From Nitrospirales bacterium (GTDB lineage Bacteria; Nitrospirota; Nitrospiria; Nitrospirales; UBA8639): a stretch of DNA of 64,000 nt. The notes under the pieces were generated by a model that was not told where the DNA came from, did no database searches, and was given only the letters and a program-made list of their open reading frames with translations. This document shows, piece after piece, positions 18,887 to 28,098 of the stretch (its first letter is position 1; each line of letters opens with the position of its first letter). Location of the stretch: positions 1,472,001 through 1,536,000 of the forward strand of contig OY729426.1 of NCBI GenBank assembly GCA_963422365.1. Reading direction: 5' to 3'. A program made the translations under genes and the position numbers.

Positions 18887-19642
18887 GTGGAAGCAACCAA
18901 TTTAGAAAAAATCGTCGAACCAGGTCCGGCGGGATTTCATCCGCCATCTGCGGCTGAATTGGGTGTCCTTCCCCCACTATCGGAGCATGGACTGACGTTT
19001 GGCCATGAAGTTCCAGAAGAACAGGCTATGGAAGAAATGGCCAGAGCCATGTTGACGAGAAAGAATGCGACGATTTTCCCTGGTCCTTTAGTGTTATGGA
19101 ATTGGAATGACCATGCGGCTGAGAAGGCCAGAGCCGTCTTGGAACTCGCGGCTCAAGTCCCGGAAGTGCTCATTATCCCGATGCCCGATTATCGTCCCAA
19201 ATACCCGAAAATCGAGCCCGAGGAAGTGATCAACCCCAATCATCCCAATCTCACGATTTGGGGCAATAAAATCGAAGCGTGTATTTTCATCGGAGTGCAT
19301 TGTCATTACGCCAATCTGACGCTGAAAATGATTCGAGCCGGGACGAATTGCTGGACATCGGCTATTTGCGCGGAGCAAGGCCATGAAGATGCCATGTTTA
19401 CGGTTCGGGATTCTGATGCGGTCAAGATTCGAAAAGTTGCGCAGGTTTTCAAACGTGTTCGTGAGGAAATGGGGATTGCGTTGCCTGATAATGGCGAGAG
19501 TGTCCGTTTCACGGGGTTGCAGTCCCGCGTGCATGACGGCAAGACCCACACGAATCCATTAGCCATTGACCTGGGAGAAGAAGGGACGGCAAGCGCTGCT
19601 GCTTTTGGGCATACAGCCGAAGCTATGCAGCGTGAAGGATAG
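18887..19642 (+). CDS. forD: OGOR delta subunit
   Basis: 'PGPAGFHPPSAA', 'INPNHPNLTI', 'GVHCHYAN'; position in the operon. Confidence 0.8.
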   Translation: MEATNLEKIVEPGPAGFHPPSAAELGVLPPLSEHGLTFGHEVPEEQAMEEMARAMLTRKNATIFPGPLVLWNWNDHAAEKARAVLELAAQVPEVLIIPMPDYRPKYPKIEPEEVINPNHPNLTIWGNKIEACIFIGVHCHYANLTLKMIRAGTNCWTSAICAEQGHEDAMFTVRDSDAVKIRKVAQVFKRVREEMGIALPDNGESVRFTGLQSRVHDGKTHTNPLAIDLGEEGTASAAAFGHTAEAMQREG

Positions 19643-19714
19643 GCCTCTTATTTTTGATCGCACAACCCCAGAAAGTTTGGCATGGGATTGTCGTCACCCT
19701 AGAGGGGGTAAGCC

Positions 19715-21061
19715 ATGAGTGAAGCATTAGAAACGGAAGTCAAAACCAATCCGCAAGGCGACCCAATTACCAGTGCGGCTCCAGCACCTTCCAGTCAAGG
19801 CGGGAGAAAAGATCCTCATGAGGAGGCCAAACAGCAACAGGTGGTTTCCCCTGAGTATATGTTTTTTGAAGCGCCGCGGGAGCGAGAATTTATTACGGGC
19901 AGTGAAGCTGCAAAAGAAGCCGTTCGCCGATCCAATGTTGATCTCTCCATTGCCTATCCGATTACACCTCAAAGTGAAACCATGCAGCTGATTGGGGTAT
20001 TATATGGAGAAGGGTACGTCAAAGAATATTATCGGGGCGAGGAAGAATACGGTGTCATGTCGGCTATTGCAGGCGGGTCCCGTGCCGGCGTACGGTGTTT
20101 TACCGCCACGGCTGGACCAGGCACGCTGCGAGGGCTTGAACCGATTGCGTCATGGCCAGGGCATCGCCTTCCTGCCGTGGCCATGTTTACCTGCCGAGTG
20201 GTCAATGCTCCGTTAGCCATTCAACCTGACAATATTGAAGTGTCGTATTTGTTGAATTGCGGCATGATTGTCTTTCATGCTGAGAATCAGCAAGATTTGT
20301 TCGATTTCATTATGAAGGGTTTCATGATTAGTGAAAAGAATGATGTGACTCTTCCTGTCGGGGTTTGCTGCGATGGATTTTTCGTGACCCATGCGCGGGG
20401 CTATTGCTCCATGCAGGATCGAGGCTTCAAATTGCCGTCACGAGATTCCTGGAGAGGCGCGGTTCCCGTCTTGGATGCGGAAAATCCTCCGGCCAGATTG
20501 TCGCGAGACGCACCTGTCCAAAAATCAAATTTCATGGCGTACAACATCCATGCGGTGTGGCAACAGGAGGTGTGGGCGGCGGTGGAACGGTCACGAAAAT
20601 ACATCGAACAGTACATGGGGGGGTTGGTTCAGACGAAAGATGTTGATGGTGCCGATGTGCTTCTGATTGCGTCGGGAAGCGCTGCCGCACAGTCACGCGA
20701 AGCCATCCGTATATGCAAAGACAAAGGCATTCAGGCTGGGTTGATCAAAGTGCAGTCTCTTCGACCGTTCCCCACTCGAGAATTGCGGAAACTTTGCGCC
20801 AATGCCAAACTGATTGTGGTGCCGGAATTTAATTATGTCGGGTGGTTGGCCAAAGACGTGGCCACGGCCATTTATGGGTACTCGAAAGCCAAAATCGTGG
20901 CAGGGCCCCATGTGTATGGTGGAATGTCTATGCCGGTGGAAATGATTTTTGACGAAATCGAATGTGGGCTCACGGGGAAAAAGTCAGCGACGGTGCCTTC
21001 TTCCGCCGTGATGGGAGTTGTGGACCAAGAGGCCGTTGCTCACTTTATGAAAAATATTTAG
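19715..21061 (+). CDS. forA: OGOR alpha subunit
   Basis: 'AYPITPQSE', 'TATAGPG', 'LRPFP'. Confidence 0.85.
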   Translation: MSEALETEVKTNPQGDPITSAAPAPSSQGGRKDPHEEAKQQQVVSPEYMFFEAPREREFITGSEAAKEAVRRSNVDLSIAYPITPQSETMQLIGVLYGEGYVKEYYRGEEEYGVMSAIAGGSRAGVRCFTATAGPGTLRGLEPIASWPGHRLPAVAMFTCRVVNAPLAIQPDNIEVSYLLNCGMIVFHAENQQDLFDFIMKGFMISEKNDVTLPVGVCCDGFFVTHARGYCSMQDRGFKLPSRDSWRGAVPVLDAENPPARLSRDAPVQKSNFMAYNIHAVWQQEVWAAVERSRKYIEQYMGGLVQTKDVDGADVLLIASGSAAAQSREAIRICKDKGIQAGLIKVQSLRPFPTRELRKLCANAKLIVVPEFNYVGWLAKDVATAIYGYSKAKIVAGPHVYGGMSMPVEMIFDEIECGLTGKKSATVPSSAVMGVVDQEAVAHFMKNI

Positions 21062-21094
21062 AAAAGTTTGTAACCCTGTCTGTTGCGATTTCCG

Positions 21095-21134
21095 AAAAAA
21101 GCCTGCCTCAACGGCAATTGAGGGAGGCTTTTTT
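21095..21134 (+). terminator. Rho-independent terminator after the for operon
   Basis: aaaaaagcctgcctcaa-loop-ttgagggaggctttttt. Confidence 0.8.
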
Positions 21135-21160
21135 ATTGTACAGACGTATAACGGCCTGGG

Positions 21161-21940
21161 ATGAACATCGTAGTCACCAATGATGATGGCATCGAATCTT
21201 CCGGTATCCGCATCCTTGCGAAACATCTGAAAAAACTGGGCGATGTGTGGATCGTGGCTCCCGAGCGACCGCAAAACGCGATGGGGCGAGCCATTACCTT
21301 GCATAAACCCCTACGATTGAAGCGAAGCGGTCGGCAAGTCTTCTCAGTGAACGGAACGCCATCGGATTGTGTCATCTTAGCAGTGGGACAGGTATTCCGG
21401 GATCGTCAGATCCATTTGCTGGTGTCGGGAATCAACAAAGGGCTGAATCTTGGTGACGATGTGACCAATTCCGGAACCGTAGCCGCGGCGCTCGAAGGCG
21501 CGATCAGCGGCATTCCCTCGATGGCTGTATCACTGGATGGTCTGAAAAGATTTCGATTCGCAGCGGCGGCTCAGGTCGCGGTCGAGGTGGCGACACTGGT
21601 TCTGAAAGATGGCTTGCCGACCGACACCCTATTAAATATCAATGTGCCTGACGTTCCGGCTGAAGCCGTGACGGGGATGCAAGTCACGTCGTTAAGTCGG
21701 CGCCGTTATCGCAATGCCGTTATTGAAAATATCGATCCACGCGGAAGCGCGTATTATTGGATTGCCGGAGAACAGGTGACCTGGAATCGAAGAAAGAATT
21801 CAGACGTGGATGCCATTGCCGACAACAAGGTCTCCCTGACGCCGCTGCATTTTGATATGACGCAGTATCACGCCATGAGAAAATTGACGTCATGGGAATC
21901 TGTGCTGTCAACGCGAGTAAAGACGGGCAAGGCCTCCTGA
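21161..21940 (+). CDS. surE: 5'/3'-nucleotidase SurE
   Basis: 'VTNDDGI', 'GTPSDCV', 'SGINKGLNLG..SGTVAAA'. Confidence 0.95.
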   Translation: MNIVVTNDDGIESSGIRILAKHLKKLGDVWIVAPERPQNAMGRAITLHKPLRLKRSGRQVFSVNGTPSDCVILAVGQVFRDRQIHLLVSGINKGLNLGDDVTNSGTVAAALEGAISGIPSMAVSLDGLKRFRFAAAAQVAVEVATLVLKDGLPTDTLLNINVPDVPAEAVTGMQVTSLSRRRYRNAVIENIDPRGSAYYWIAGEQVTWNRRKNSDVDAIADNKVSLTPLHFDMTQYHAMRKLTSWESVLSTRVKTGKAS

Positions 21941-21958
21941 GGAGTCGCGACGAGCCCC

Positions 21959-22567
21959 ATGTTCCAAGAACTCTATCAGTGGATGGTCTCCTGGTCTGAA
22001 TCCCCGTATGCGGAACCCGCGTTGTTTCTGTTGTCGTTTGCAGAATCCTCGGTCTTTCCGATTCCCCCTGATGTCTTATTGATGGCGTTAACCCTAGGGA
22101 ACCCGTCATGGGGCCTGTATTACGCAGCGATTACCACCGTCGGTTCCGTCTTGGGCGGCATGTTCGGCTATCTCATTGGGTGGTGGGGAGGAAGGCCGAT
22201 TCTGCTTCGGTTGATCGGGCAAGACCGTGTCTCCAAAGTCCATAACATGTTTGAGCGCTATGAGGGATGGGCGGTCTTGATTGCGGGTCTGACGCCTATT
22301 CCCTATAAAGTGTTTACAATCGGGGGTGGCGCGTTTTATGTTAATTTCCGAGTATTCGTCGTGGCGTCTCTGATCGGCCGAGGCGCTCGGTTTTTCCTGG
22401 TAGCCTGTATGTTGCAACTGTTGGGTCCGTGGGTCAAAGAGGGCATGGAGCAATACTTTAATCTGTTCTCCATCGTCTTGGTGGCGTTCATTGTTCTTGG
22501 CTATTGGATCGTAAAACGGCAAACGAAAAAAGCCCTGGAACATTCCGTTTCGTTTCCCTCTGAATGA
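21959..22567 (+). CDS. YqaA/DedA-family membrane protein
   Basis: 'SFAESSVFPIPPD', 'TPIPYKVFTI'. Confidence 0.88.
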   Translation: MFQELYQWMVSWSESPYAEPALFLLSFAESSVFPIPPDVLLMALTLGNPSWGLYYAAITTVGSVLGGMFGYLIGWWGGRPILLRLIGQDRVSKVHNMFERYEGWAVLIAGLTPIPYKVFTIGGGAFYVNFRVFVVASLIGRGARFFLVACMLQLLGPWVKEGMEQYFNLFSIVLVAFIVLGYWIVKRQTKKALEHSVSFPSE

Positions 22568-22574
22568 ACGTTCC

Positions 22575-24035
22575 GTGAAGATTTTCAACACCTTGACGAA
22601 TCAAAAAGAACCGTTTATTCCCATCGCGCCCCCGCAGGTGGGGATCTACGTCTGTGGCGTCACCGTGTATGATGAATGTCATTTGGGTCATGCTCGAAGT
22701 GCAATCGTCTTTGATGTGCTTCGGCGTTATCTCATGTATCGAGGCTATGATGTGACCTATATCAAAAACTTCACCGATGTGGATGATAAAATCATCAATC
22801 GGGCAGCAGAGGAAGGTATGCCTTGGGACAAAGTTGTCGAGAAATATCTGCAGGCCTATGACCGTGACATGAAAAGATTAGGCGTTGGCATTCCGGATGT
22901 TGAACCTCGGGCCACGGAACACATGCCGGAGATTCTTCAGATGATCCGCACGATGATGGAAAAAGGGTTTGCCTATCAGGTCGATGGCGATGTCTATTAT
23001 CAGGTGTCGGCCTTTCCTGAGTATGGTCGTTTAAGTAACCGTCACGTCGAAGATATGCAAGCCGGGGCGAGAGTCGACGTGGATGAACGAAAACGAGATC
23101 CTCTGGACTTTGCGTTATGGAAAACGGCGAAACCAGGGGAGCCGGCCTGGGAGAGTCCCTGGGGACAAGGCCGGCCCGGTTGGCATATCGAGTGCTCGGC
23201 CATGTCTGTGCGCCATTTGGGCGCAACCTTTGATATTCATGGAGGCGGAAAAGATTTGACCTTTCCGCACCATGAAAATGAAATTGCGCAGTCCTGTGCC
23301 GTCACGGAACAAGCATGTGCTCGATATTGGGTGCATAACGGATTCGTCACCATTGATGAAGAAAAGATGTCAAAGTCGTTAGGGAATTTTTTTGCCGTGC
23401 GAGAGATTTTCGATCAGTCGAATTGTCCTGAACCCGTGACGGCCGAGGCGTTACGCTACTTTCTGCTCTCGACTCATTATCGTGGCGACGTGAATTTTTC
23501 TAACGTGGCCGTGGCAGAAGCCAAATCCGCATTGGATAACATGTATGACCTCTTCAGCCGTCTGTCCGAGAAGCCTTCTCCCGATTCCGAGCCCAAGGTT
23601 TCTTTGGGAAAGGCTTTGACCATGTTTCAAAAGGCGTTTGAAGACGCCATGGACGATGATCTGAATACACCCAAGGCGTTGGCAGAATGTCAGCAATTGC
23701 GAGCCGAGGCCAACCAAGTCCTGCAAGTGGGCCTGTCCGAGAAAGGCCGGCAGGAGATTCGCGAAATCTTTCGGCAATGTGGCGCGCCGTTAGGCTTGTT
23801 TCAACTCAACGAAAACGAGTGGGTGTTTCGCGAGTTGGATTTCGGCTTGGAGCAAGGCCGGACGCGCATTGATCAGGAGTGCACCGATGAGTGGATTCAA
23901 GAACAAATTCAACAGAGGGCCGAAGCGCGCGCGCGGAAAGACTTTGCCGCTGCCGACCACATTCGAGAAGCCTTGGCGGCCAGAGGGATTCTCCTCGAAG
24001 ATCGGCCGGACGGGGGTACCCGGTGGAAGCGGTAA
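22575..24035 (+). CDS. cysS: Cysteine--tRNA ligase
   Basis: 'YVCGVTVYD', 'HLGH', 'GRPGWHIECSAM', 'KMSKS'. Confidence 0.97.
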   Translation: MKIFNTLTNQKEPFIPIAPPQVGIYVCGVTVYDECHLGHARSAIVFDVLRRYLMYRGYDVTYIKNFTDVDDKIINRAAEEGMPWDKVVEKYLQAYDRDMKRLGVGIPDVEPRATEHMPEILQMIRTMMEKGFAYQVDGDVYYQVSAFPEYGRLSNRHVEDMQAGARVDVDERKRDPLDFALWKTAKPGEPAWESPWGQGRPGWHIECSAMSVRHLGATFDIHGGGKDLTFPHHENEIAQSCAVTEQACARYWVHNGFVTIDEEKMSKSLGNFFAVREIFDQSNCPEPVTAEALRYFLLSTHYRGDVNFSNVAVAEAKSALDNMYDLFSRLSEKPSPDSEPKVSLGKALTMFQKAFEDAMDDDLNTPKALAECQQLRAEANQVLQVGLSEKGRQEIREIFRQCGAPLGLFQLNENEWVFRELDFGLEQGRTRIDQECTDEWIQEQIQQRAEARARKDFAAADHIREALAARGILLEDRPDGGTRWKR

Positions 24036-24819
24036 GGCTGATGACTCCCTGTTTGGGATTCGTGCGGTCACAGAGGCGCTGCGATCTGAGTCGAGAAGTT
24101 TCGTAAAAATCTTCCTGTCGCACCGCCATCGTCAATTTTCCCAGATCATTCGTTTCGCCAAACTCCAAGGGATTCCCTTGCAGGTTCAACCGCGTGAACG
24201 ACTCGATCTGCTGGTCTCCTCCAGCCATCATCAGGGTGTGGTTGCCGTGGTGGCTGCTACATCCTATGCCTCAGAGGATGAGATCCTTGGGCATGCGGCC
24301 CAACAAGTGGAGTCAGGGTTTTTTCTTGCGCTCGACGGGGTGGAGGACCCTCAAAATTTCGGGGCGGTTCTCAGAACGGCTGTCACAGCCGGTATTCATG
24401 GGGTGTTTACTCCTGATCGTCGATCAGTAGGCTTAACGGCGAGTGTGGCCCGATCGTCTGCCGGTGCCGTCGAGTATGTGCGGGTGGCCCGGTGTCCTAA
24501 TATCGGCAAACTTATCGACCGCTTGCAGAAGCGTGCCGTGAACACCGTGGCCTTAGATTCTCACGCTCCCCAACTCTATACCGAGCTGGATTTCAAGGAG
24601 CCGATCTTGCTAGTGTTTGGGGGAGAGGGCAAGGGACTCAGATCGGGGATTTTAGAAAAGTGCCATGCGCAAGCCAGGATTCCCATGCGGGGGCCGGTGC
24701 ACTCGCTTAACATTTCGGCAAGTGTTGCCGTGGTGGCGTATGAAGTCGTTCGTCAACGGATGGAAGGAGCGAAAGCCTTACCGAATTTGAATCAGCCCTT
24801 CTTGAATAGCCGCATTTAA
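24010..24819 (+). CDS. rlmB: 23S rRNA Gm2251 methyltransferase RlmB (start uncertain)
   Basis: 'HQGVVA', 'LDGVEDPQNFGAVLRT', 'GGEGKG', 'SLNISAS' SPOUT motifs; typical cysS-rlmB order. Confidence 0.85.
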   Translation, partial: TGVPGGSGKADDSLFGIRAVTEALRSESRSFVKIFLSHRHRQFSQIIRFAKLQGIPLQVQPRERLDLLVSSSHHQGVVAVVAATSYASEDEILGHAAQQVESGFFLALDGVEDPQNFGAVLRTAVTAGIHGVFTPDRRSVGLTASVARSSAGAVEYVRVARCPNIGKLIDRLQKRAVNTVALDSHAPQLYTELDFKEPILLVFGGEGKGLRSGILEKCHAQARIPMRGPVHSLNISASVAVVAYEVVRQRMEGAKALPNLNQPFLNSRI

Positions 24820-25041
24820 GAGTTGAGCGGCATTTGACACTCGCACCTTTTTCATCATATTGGCACGATGGGCCTCGACGGTTTTGACGCTGATCTCGAG
24901 ACGTTCGGCTATTTCTTTATTTTTGAGGCCGGACCAAATCAGTTGGAGAATTTCTTGTTCCCGTTCGGTTAGCGCTTCGGGGCGTTTCCGGCGCATGGGA
25001 AGCAGGTCTCTTTTTTTGATTGTTTTTGCTTGGACAGCCAT
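24778..25041 (-). CDS. Stand-alone LuxR-type HTH regulator
   Basis: 'LTEREQEILQLIWSGLKNKEIAERLEISVKTVEAHRANMMKK'. Confidence 0.9.
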   Translation of the reverse strand: MAVQAKTIKKRDLLPMRRKRPEALTEREQEILQLIWSGLKNKEIAERLEISVKTVEAHRANMMKKVRVSNAAQLLNAAIQEGLIQIR

Positions 25042-25171
25042 CGATCCCAAAAATTTTTCTCAGGATAAACTATGTAGGTAATACTAGCAGTCTGTTTATT
25101 GAAAAGTAAAGTAGAGAAAAGATGTTGGCGGCACAAGAGACGGGAGTCTTTGTCGAGTCACGAGATATAGA

Positions 25172-25948
25172 ATGATGGATGTGCTGGGCCTCTATACTTT
25201 GTTGTTTGGGGTAGGATTGGTCATAGGGAGTTTCCTGAATGTCTGTATTCTAAGAGTTCCCCACGGTCAGTCCGTCATTTGGCCGGGCTCCCATTGCCCG
25301 CAATGTCAGACGCCCATTTGCTGGTTCGATAACATTCCCCTCTTGAATTTTGTATGGTTGAGATCTCGCTGTCGATGGTGTGGGGGCAAGATTTCATGGC
25401 GATATCCCCTGGTGGAATGTCTAAATGGAGTGGGCTATCTCGGGATCGTCTACAAATTCGGCTTGAACCAAAGCGCCCTCGTGTATGCGCTGTTTTTGTC
25501 CGCCCTCTTGGTTGTGATGATGATTGACCTCGATCATCTCATGATTCCGGATGTGATTTCTCTCTCCGGCATGATTATCGGATTTTTCGCGTCGGCATTC
25601 ATGCTTCCCTTGGGTTGGGTCGGGTCATTGCTTGGCATGGTGTTGGGAGGAGGGGTCCTTTGGATGCTCGCGATCCTCAGTCCGTATCTGTTTGGAAAGG
25701 AGGGACTGGGCGGTGGAGATATTAAACTCCTTGCGATGATCGGCGCTTTCCTTGGCTGGCAGCCTGTGTTCATGACCTTGTTCCTCGCTTCCCTTGCGGG
25801 GGCGGTGGTAGGTCTCGTCCTCATGGCCTTCCGTTACCTGGAGCGAGGTCAATACATCCCTTTTGGTCCGTTTTTGGTGTTGGGGGCAGTGGTGTCAATG
25901 TTTTTTTATCAGGACATGTTCGGCATGTATGAGTCCCTGTTTTTGTAA
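25172..25948 (+). CDS. pilD: Prepilin peptidase
   Basis: 'GSFLNVCI', two CxxC pairs, 'GGGDIKLLAMIGAFLG', 'IPFGPFL'. Confidence 0.95.
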   Translation: MMDVLGLYTLLFGVGLVIGSFLNVCILRVPHGQSVIWPGSHCPQCQTPICWFDNIPLLNFVWLRSRCRWCGGKISWRYPLVECLNGVGYLGIVYKFGLNQSALVYALFLSALLVVMMIDLDHLMIPDVISLSGMIIGFFASAFMLPLGWVGSLLGMVLGGGVLWMLAILSPYLFGKEGLGGGDIKLLAMIGAFLGWQPVFMTLFLASLAGAVVGLVLMAFRYLERGQYIPFGPFLVLGAVVSMFFYQDMFGMYESLFL

Positions 25949-25955
25949 GACGAAA

Positions 25956-26459
25956 ATGCGGAGCCCCTCATACCAGTTGATGGGCACACGGAATCTTGCG
26001 TGTCCGACGGATGGGCCATCAGGGTATACGCTGACGGAATTCGTGATAGTCCTTGGTGTTTTGGCTGTCGTGTTAGGGTTGAGCGGAATCTGGCTTTCTT
26101 TGCAACTGCCCCAGTATCGCTTGAATGGGGTGGTCCGACAAATACGCGCGGATCTCTTGGGATCGAGGGCACAAGCCGTAAGACAGGGCAATGAAGTCCG
26201 CATCTTTTTTGTGGACTCTCAGCATTACGATATTTTGGATGACGACAATAATAATGGACAAACCGATCCTGGTGAAACCATCGAGTCCAGGTCCATCCAA
26301 GAGGATTTTGGAGGAGTTGCGATTCAGTCCAACAATAATCCGATCTTCCATCCGAGGGGCACTGCCTCAAGTCTTGCCACGATCAGGGTTTCCAATACCG
26401 TGGGAGAAAAAGCGATCACGATCAGCATCACGGGTCGCGTGAAAGTCATAACCCCCTAG
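25956..26459 (+). CDS. GspH/FimT-family minor pilin
   Basis: Prepilin site G/YTLTE followed by a hydrophobic helix; 'FHPRGT', 'ISITGRV'. Confidence 0.8.
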   Translation: MRSPSYQLMGTRNLACPTDGPSGYTLTEFVIVLGVLAVVLGLSGIWLSLQLPQYRLNGVVRQIRADLLGSRAQAVRQGNEVRIFFVDSQHYDILDDDNNNGQTDPGETIESRSIQEDFGGVAIQSNNNPIFHPRGTASSLATIRVSNTVGEKAITISITGRVKVITP

Positions 26460-26475
26460 ACTCATTGTGGGCCTC

Positions 26476-26850
26476 ATGAACAACCATACGGGATTAACCC
26501 TTTTAGAGGCAGTCATTGCCATGGGGCTTTTCTTTTTAGCTGTATTGGCCCTTTCAGGATTAGCGGTCACGGCCAGTAAAGGCGCGGCAGCGAGTCAACA
26601 TCTCACCACTGCCACGATCTTAGCCCAGGATACACTGGAACAGGTGAGAAGCGCCGGCTACAACGCAGGTTTGACGGTTCCCATTGAAACCACGGAAGCC
26701 TATGCCACACTCCCTGACTTTCCTCTGTATAAACGTGTCGTCAGCATTCATCCCAGCCAGCCTGTTCCGGGTTTACAAACTGCGACGGTCACGGTGTGGT
26801 GGGCAGACGATCGACATTCCATGTCTGTCTCCACAATTCTTTCACCCTAG
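26476..26850 (+). CDS. PilV-like minor pilin
   Basis: G/LTLLE prepilin motif. Confidence 0.8.
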   Translation: MNNHTGLTLLEAVIAMGLFFLAVLALSGLAVTASKGAAASQHLTTATILAQDTLEQVRSAGYNAGLTVPIETTEAYATLPDFPLYKRVVSIHPSQPVPGLQTATVTVWWADDRHSMSVSTILSP

Positions 26851-26856
26851 AAACCA

Positions 26857-27465
26857 ATGGATTCCGAGCTTGTGACGGATCAAAGAGGGGTAACCTTAAC
26901 GGAACTTCTGATAGCCTTGGCGCTGGGTCTGTTCACCGTTGGTGCAGTCTATAGCGTGCATCTTCATCAGGTGAAGCGTCAGATAGTTCAAGAGGATGTT
27001 TTGGCCATGCAACAAACCGCTCGTGCCGCATTAGACATGATGGCCAGGGAGATTCGCATGGCAGGGTATGATCCCATGGGGGTTAATTGGGATGTCGATC
27101 CCTCGAATGATTTTCATGGGATCGTCTACCACCCGACAGGTTTGCATATTCGAGCTGATTTGAATGGAAATGGTGTGCTCACTGATTCGAAAGAATCCAT
27201 TGTCTATCTGTATGATGACTCGACCGCCACGTTGCGACGCAAAGTCGGTGGCGGTGGTCGACAACCCGTGGCGGAGCATATCGAGTCCCTTACCTTTTCC
27301 TATCGTGATGCCCTGGGACAGCCAACGATACATGCGCCGAGTATTCGGGCCGTTGACGTGCAGGTGACGGCTAGGTCTGCACATGCCGACAGCCGATATC
27401 CTGAGAACGATGGGTATCGTACGGTGACTCTGCAGTCTCGTCTGACCCCTAGGAATTTGCAATGA
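26857..27465 (+). CDS. PilW-like minor pilin
   Basis: G/VTLTE; 'REIRMAGYDP'; C-terminal 'PRNL'. Confidence 0.82.
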   Translation: MDSELVTDQRGVTLTELLIALALGLFTVGAVYSVHLHQVKRQIVQEDVLAMQQTARAALDMMAREIRMAGYDPMGVNWDVDPSNDFHGIVYHPTGLHIRADLNGNGVLTDSKESIVYLYDDSTATLRRKVGGGGRQPVAEHIESLTFSYRDALGQPTIHAPSIRAVDVQVTARSAHADSRYPENDGYRTVTLQSRLTPRNLQ

Positions 27466-27585
27466 AGGTTTCGCGTGTCGTCCATCCCTTGCCCCATAGG
27501 TGGGCGAGGCTAGGGTAGGGGTGTTTCTCATCATTTCCAACCTGTATTAACCCAAGCCTTGTTATTCGACGAAAGGAGTGAACCC

Positions 27586-27942
27586 ATGAGTGCACCTGGT
27601 CATGCCCATTCGATTACCATTGAGAAAAATCTCAATCGCGTTACGGTCGCCTTTCACGGAACCGTGATTGCCGATACTCAACAGGCATTGGTTCTAAAGG
27701 AAGGACTGCTTCCACCGGCCACGTACATTCCCCGTGAAGATGTGAACATGCCCTACCTTCAGCGGACTGATCACTCCACCCACTGCCCCTTTAAAGGCGA
27801 TGCGTCATATTTTTCCGTTTGTGTCGATGACAAAATAGCCGACAACGCCGTCTGGACCTATGAAGCCCCCATCGACTCCGTGGCGGCCATTACCAATTAC
27901 GTGAGTTTTTACAAAGAAAAGCTGGACGTGAGTGAAGAATGA
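27586..27942 (+). CDS. DUF427 domain protein
   Basis: 'YIPREDV', 'THCPFKGDASYF', 'AVWTYEAP'; RBS aaggag. Confidence 0.9.
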   Translation: MSAPGHAHSITIEKNLNRVTVAFHGTVIADTQQALVLKEGLLPPATYIPREDVNMPYLQRTDHSTHCPFKGDASYFSVCVDDKIADNAVWTYEAPIDSVAAITNYVSFYKEKLDVSEE

Positions 27943-28027
27943 CTTGAGGCTTGATCAAACAAAGCGGGTATCGACGTGAATGTTGACGACAATCAGGTAG
28001 CAGCCCTCTTTCTGGAGAGCTCCTTCA

Positions 28028-28076
28028 CTTGTGAGAAAGGGACCCACAGGAAACCCACGGGGCTCTTTCTCACAAG
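28028..28076. terminator. Hairpin between convergent DUF427 and icd genes
   Basis: cttgtgagaaag...ctttctcacaag perfect 12-bp inverted repeat. Confidence 0.6.
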
Positions 28077-28098
28077 CACGGTTCGTTCATGCGGCTTC

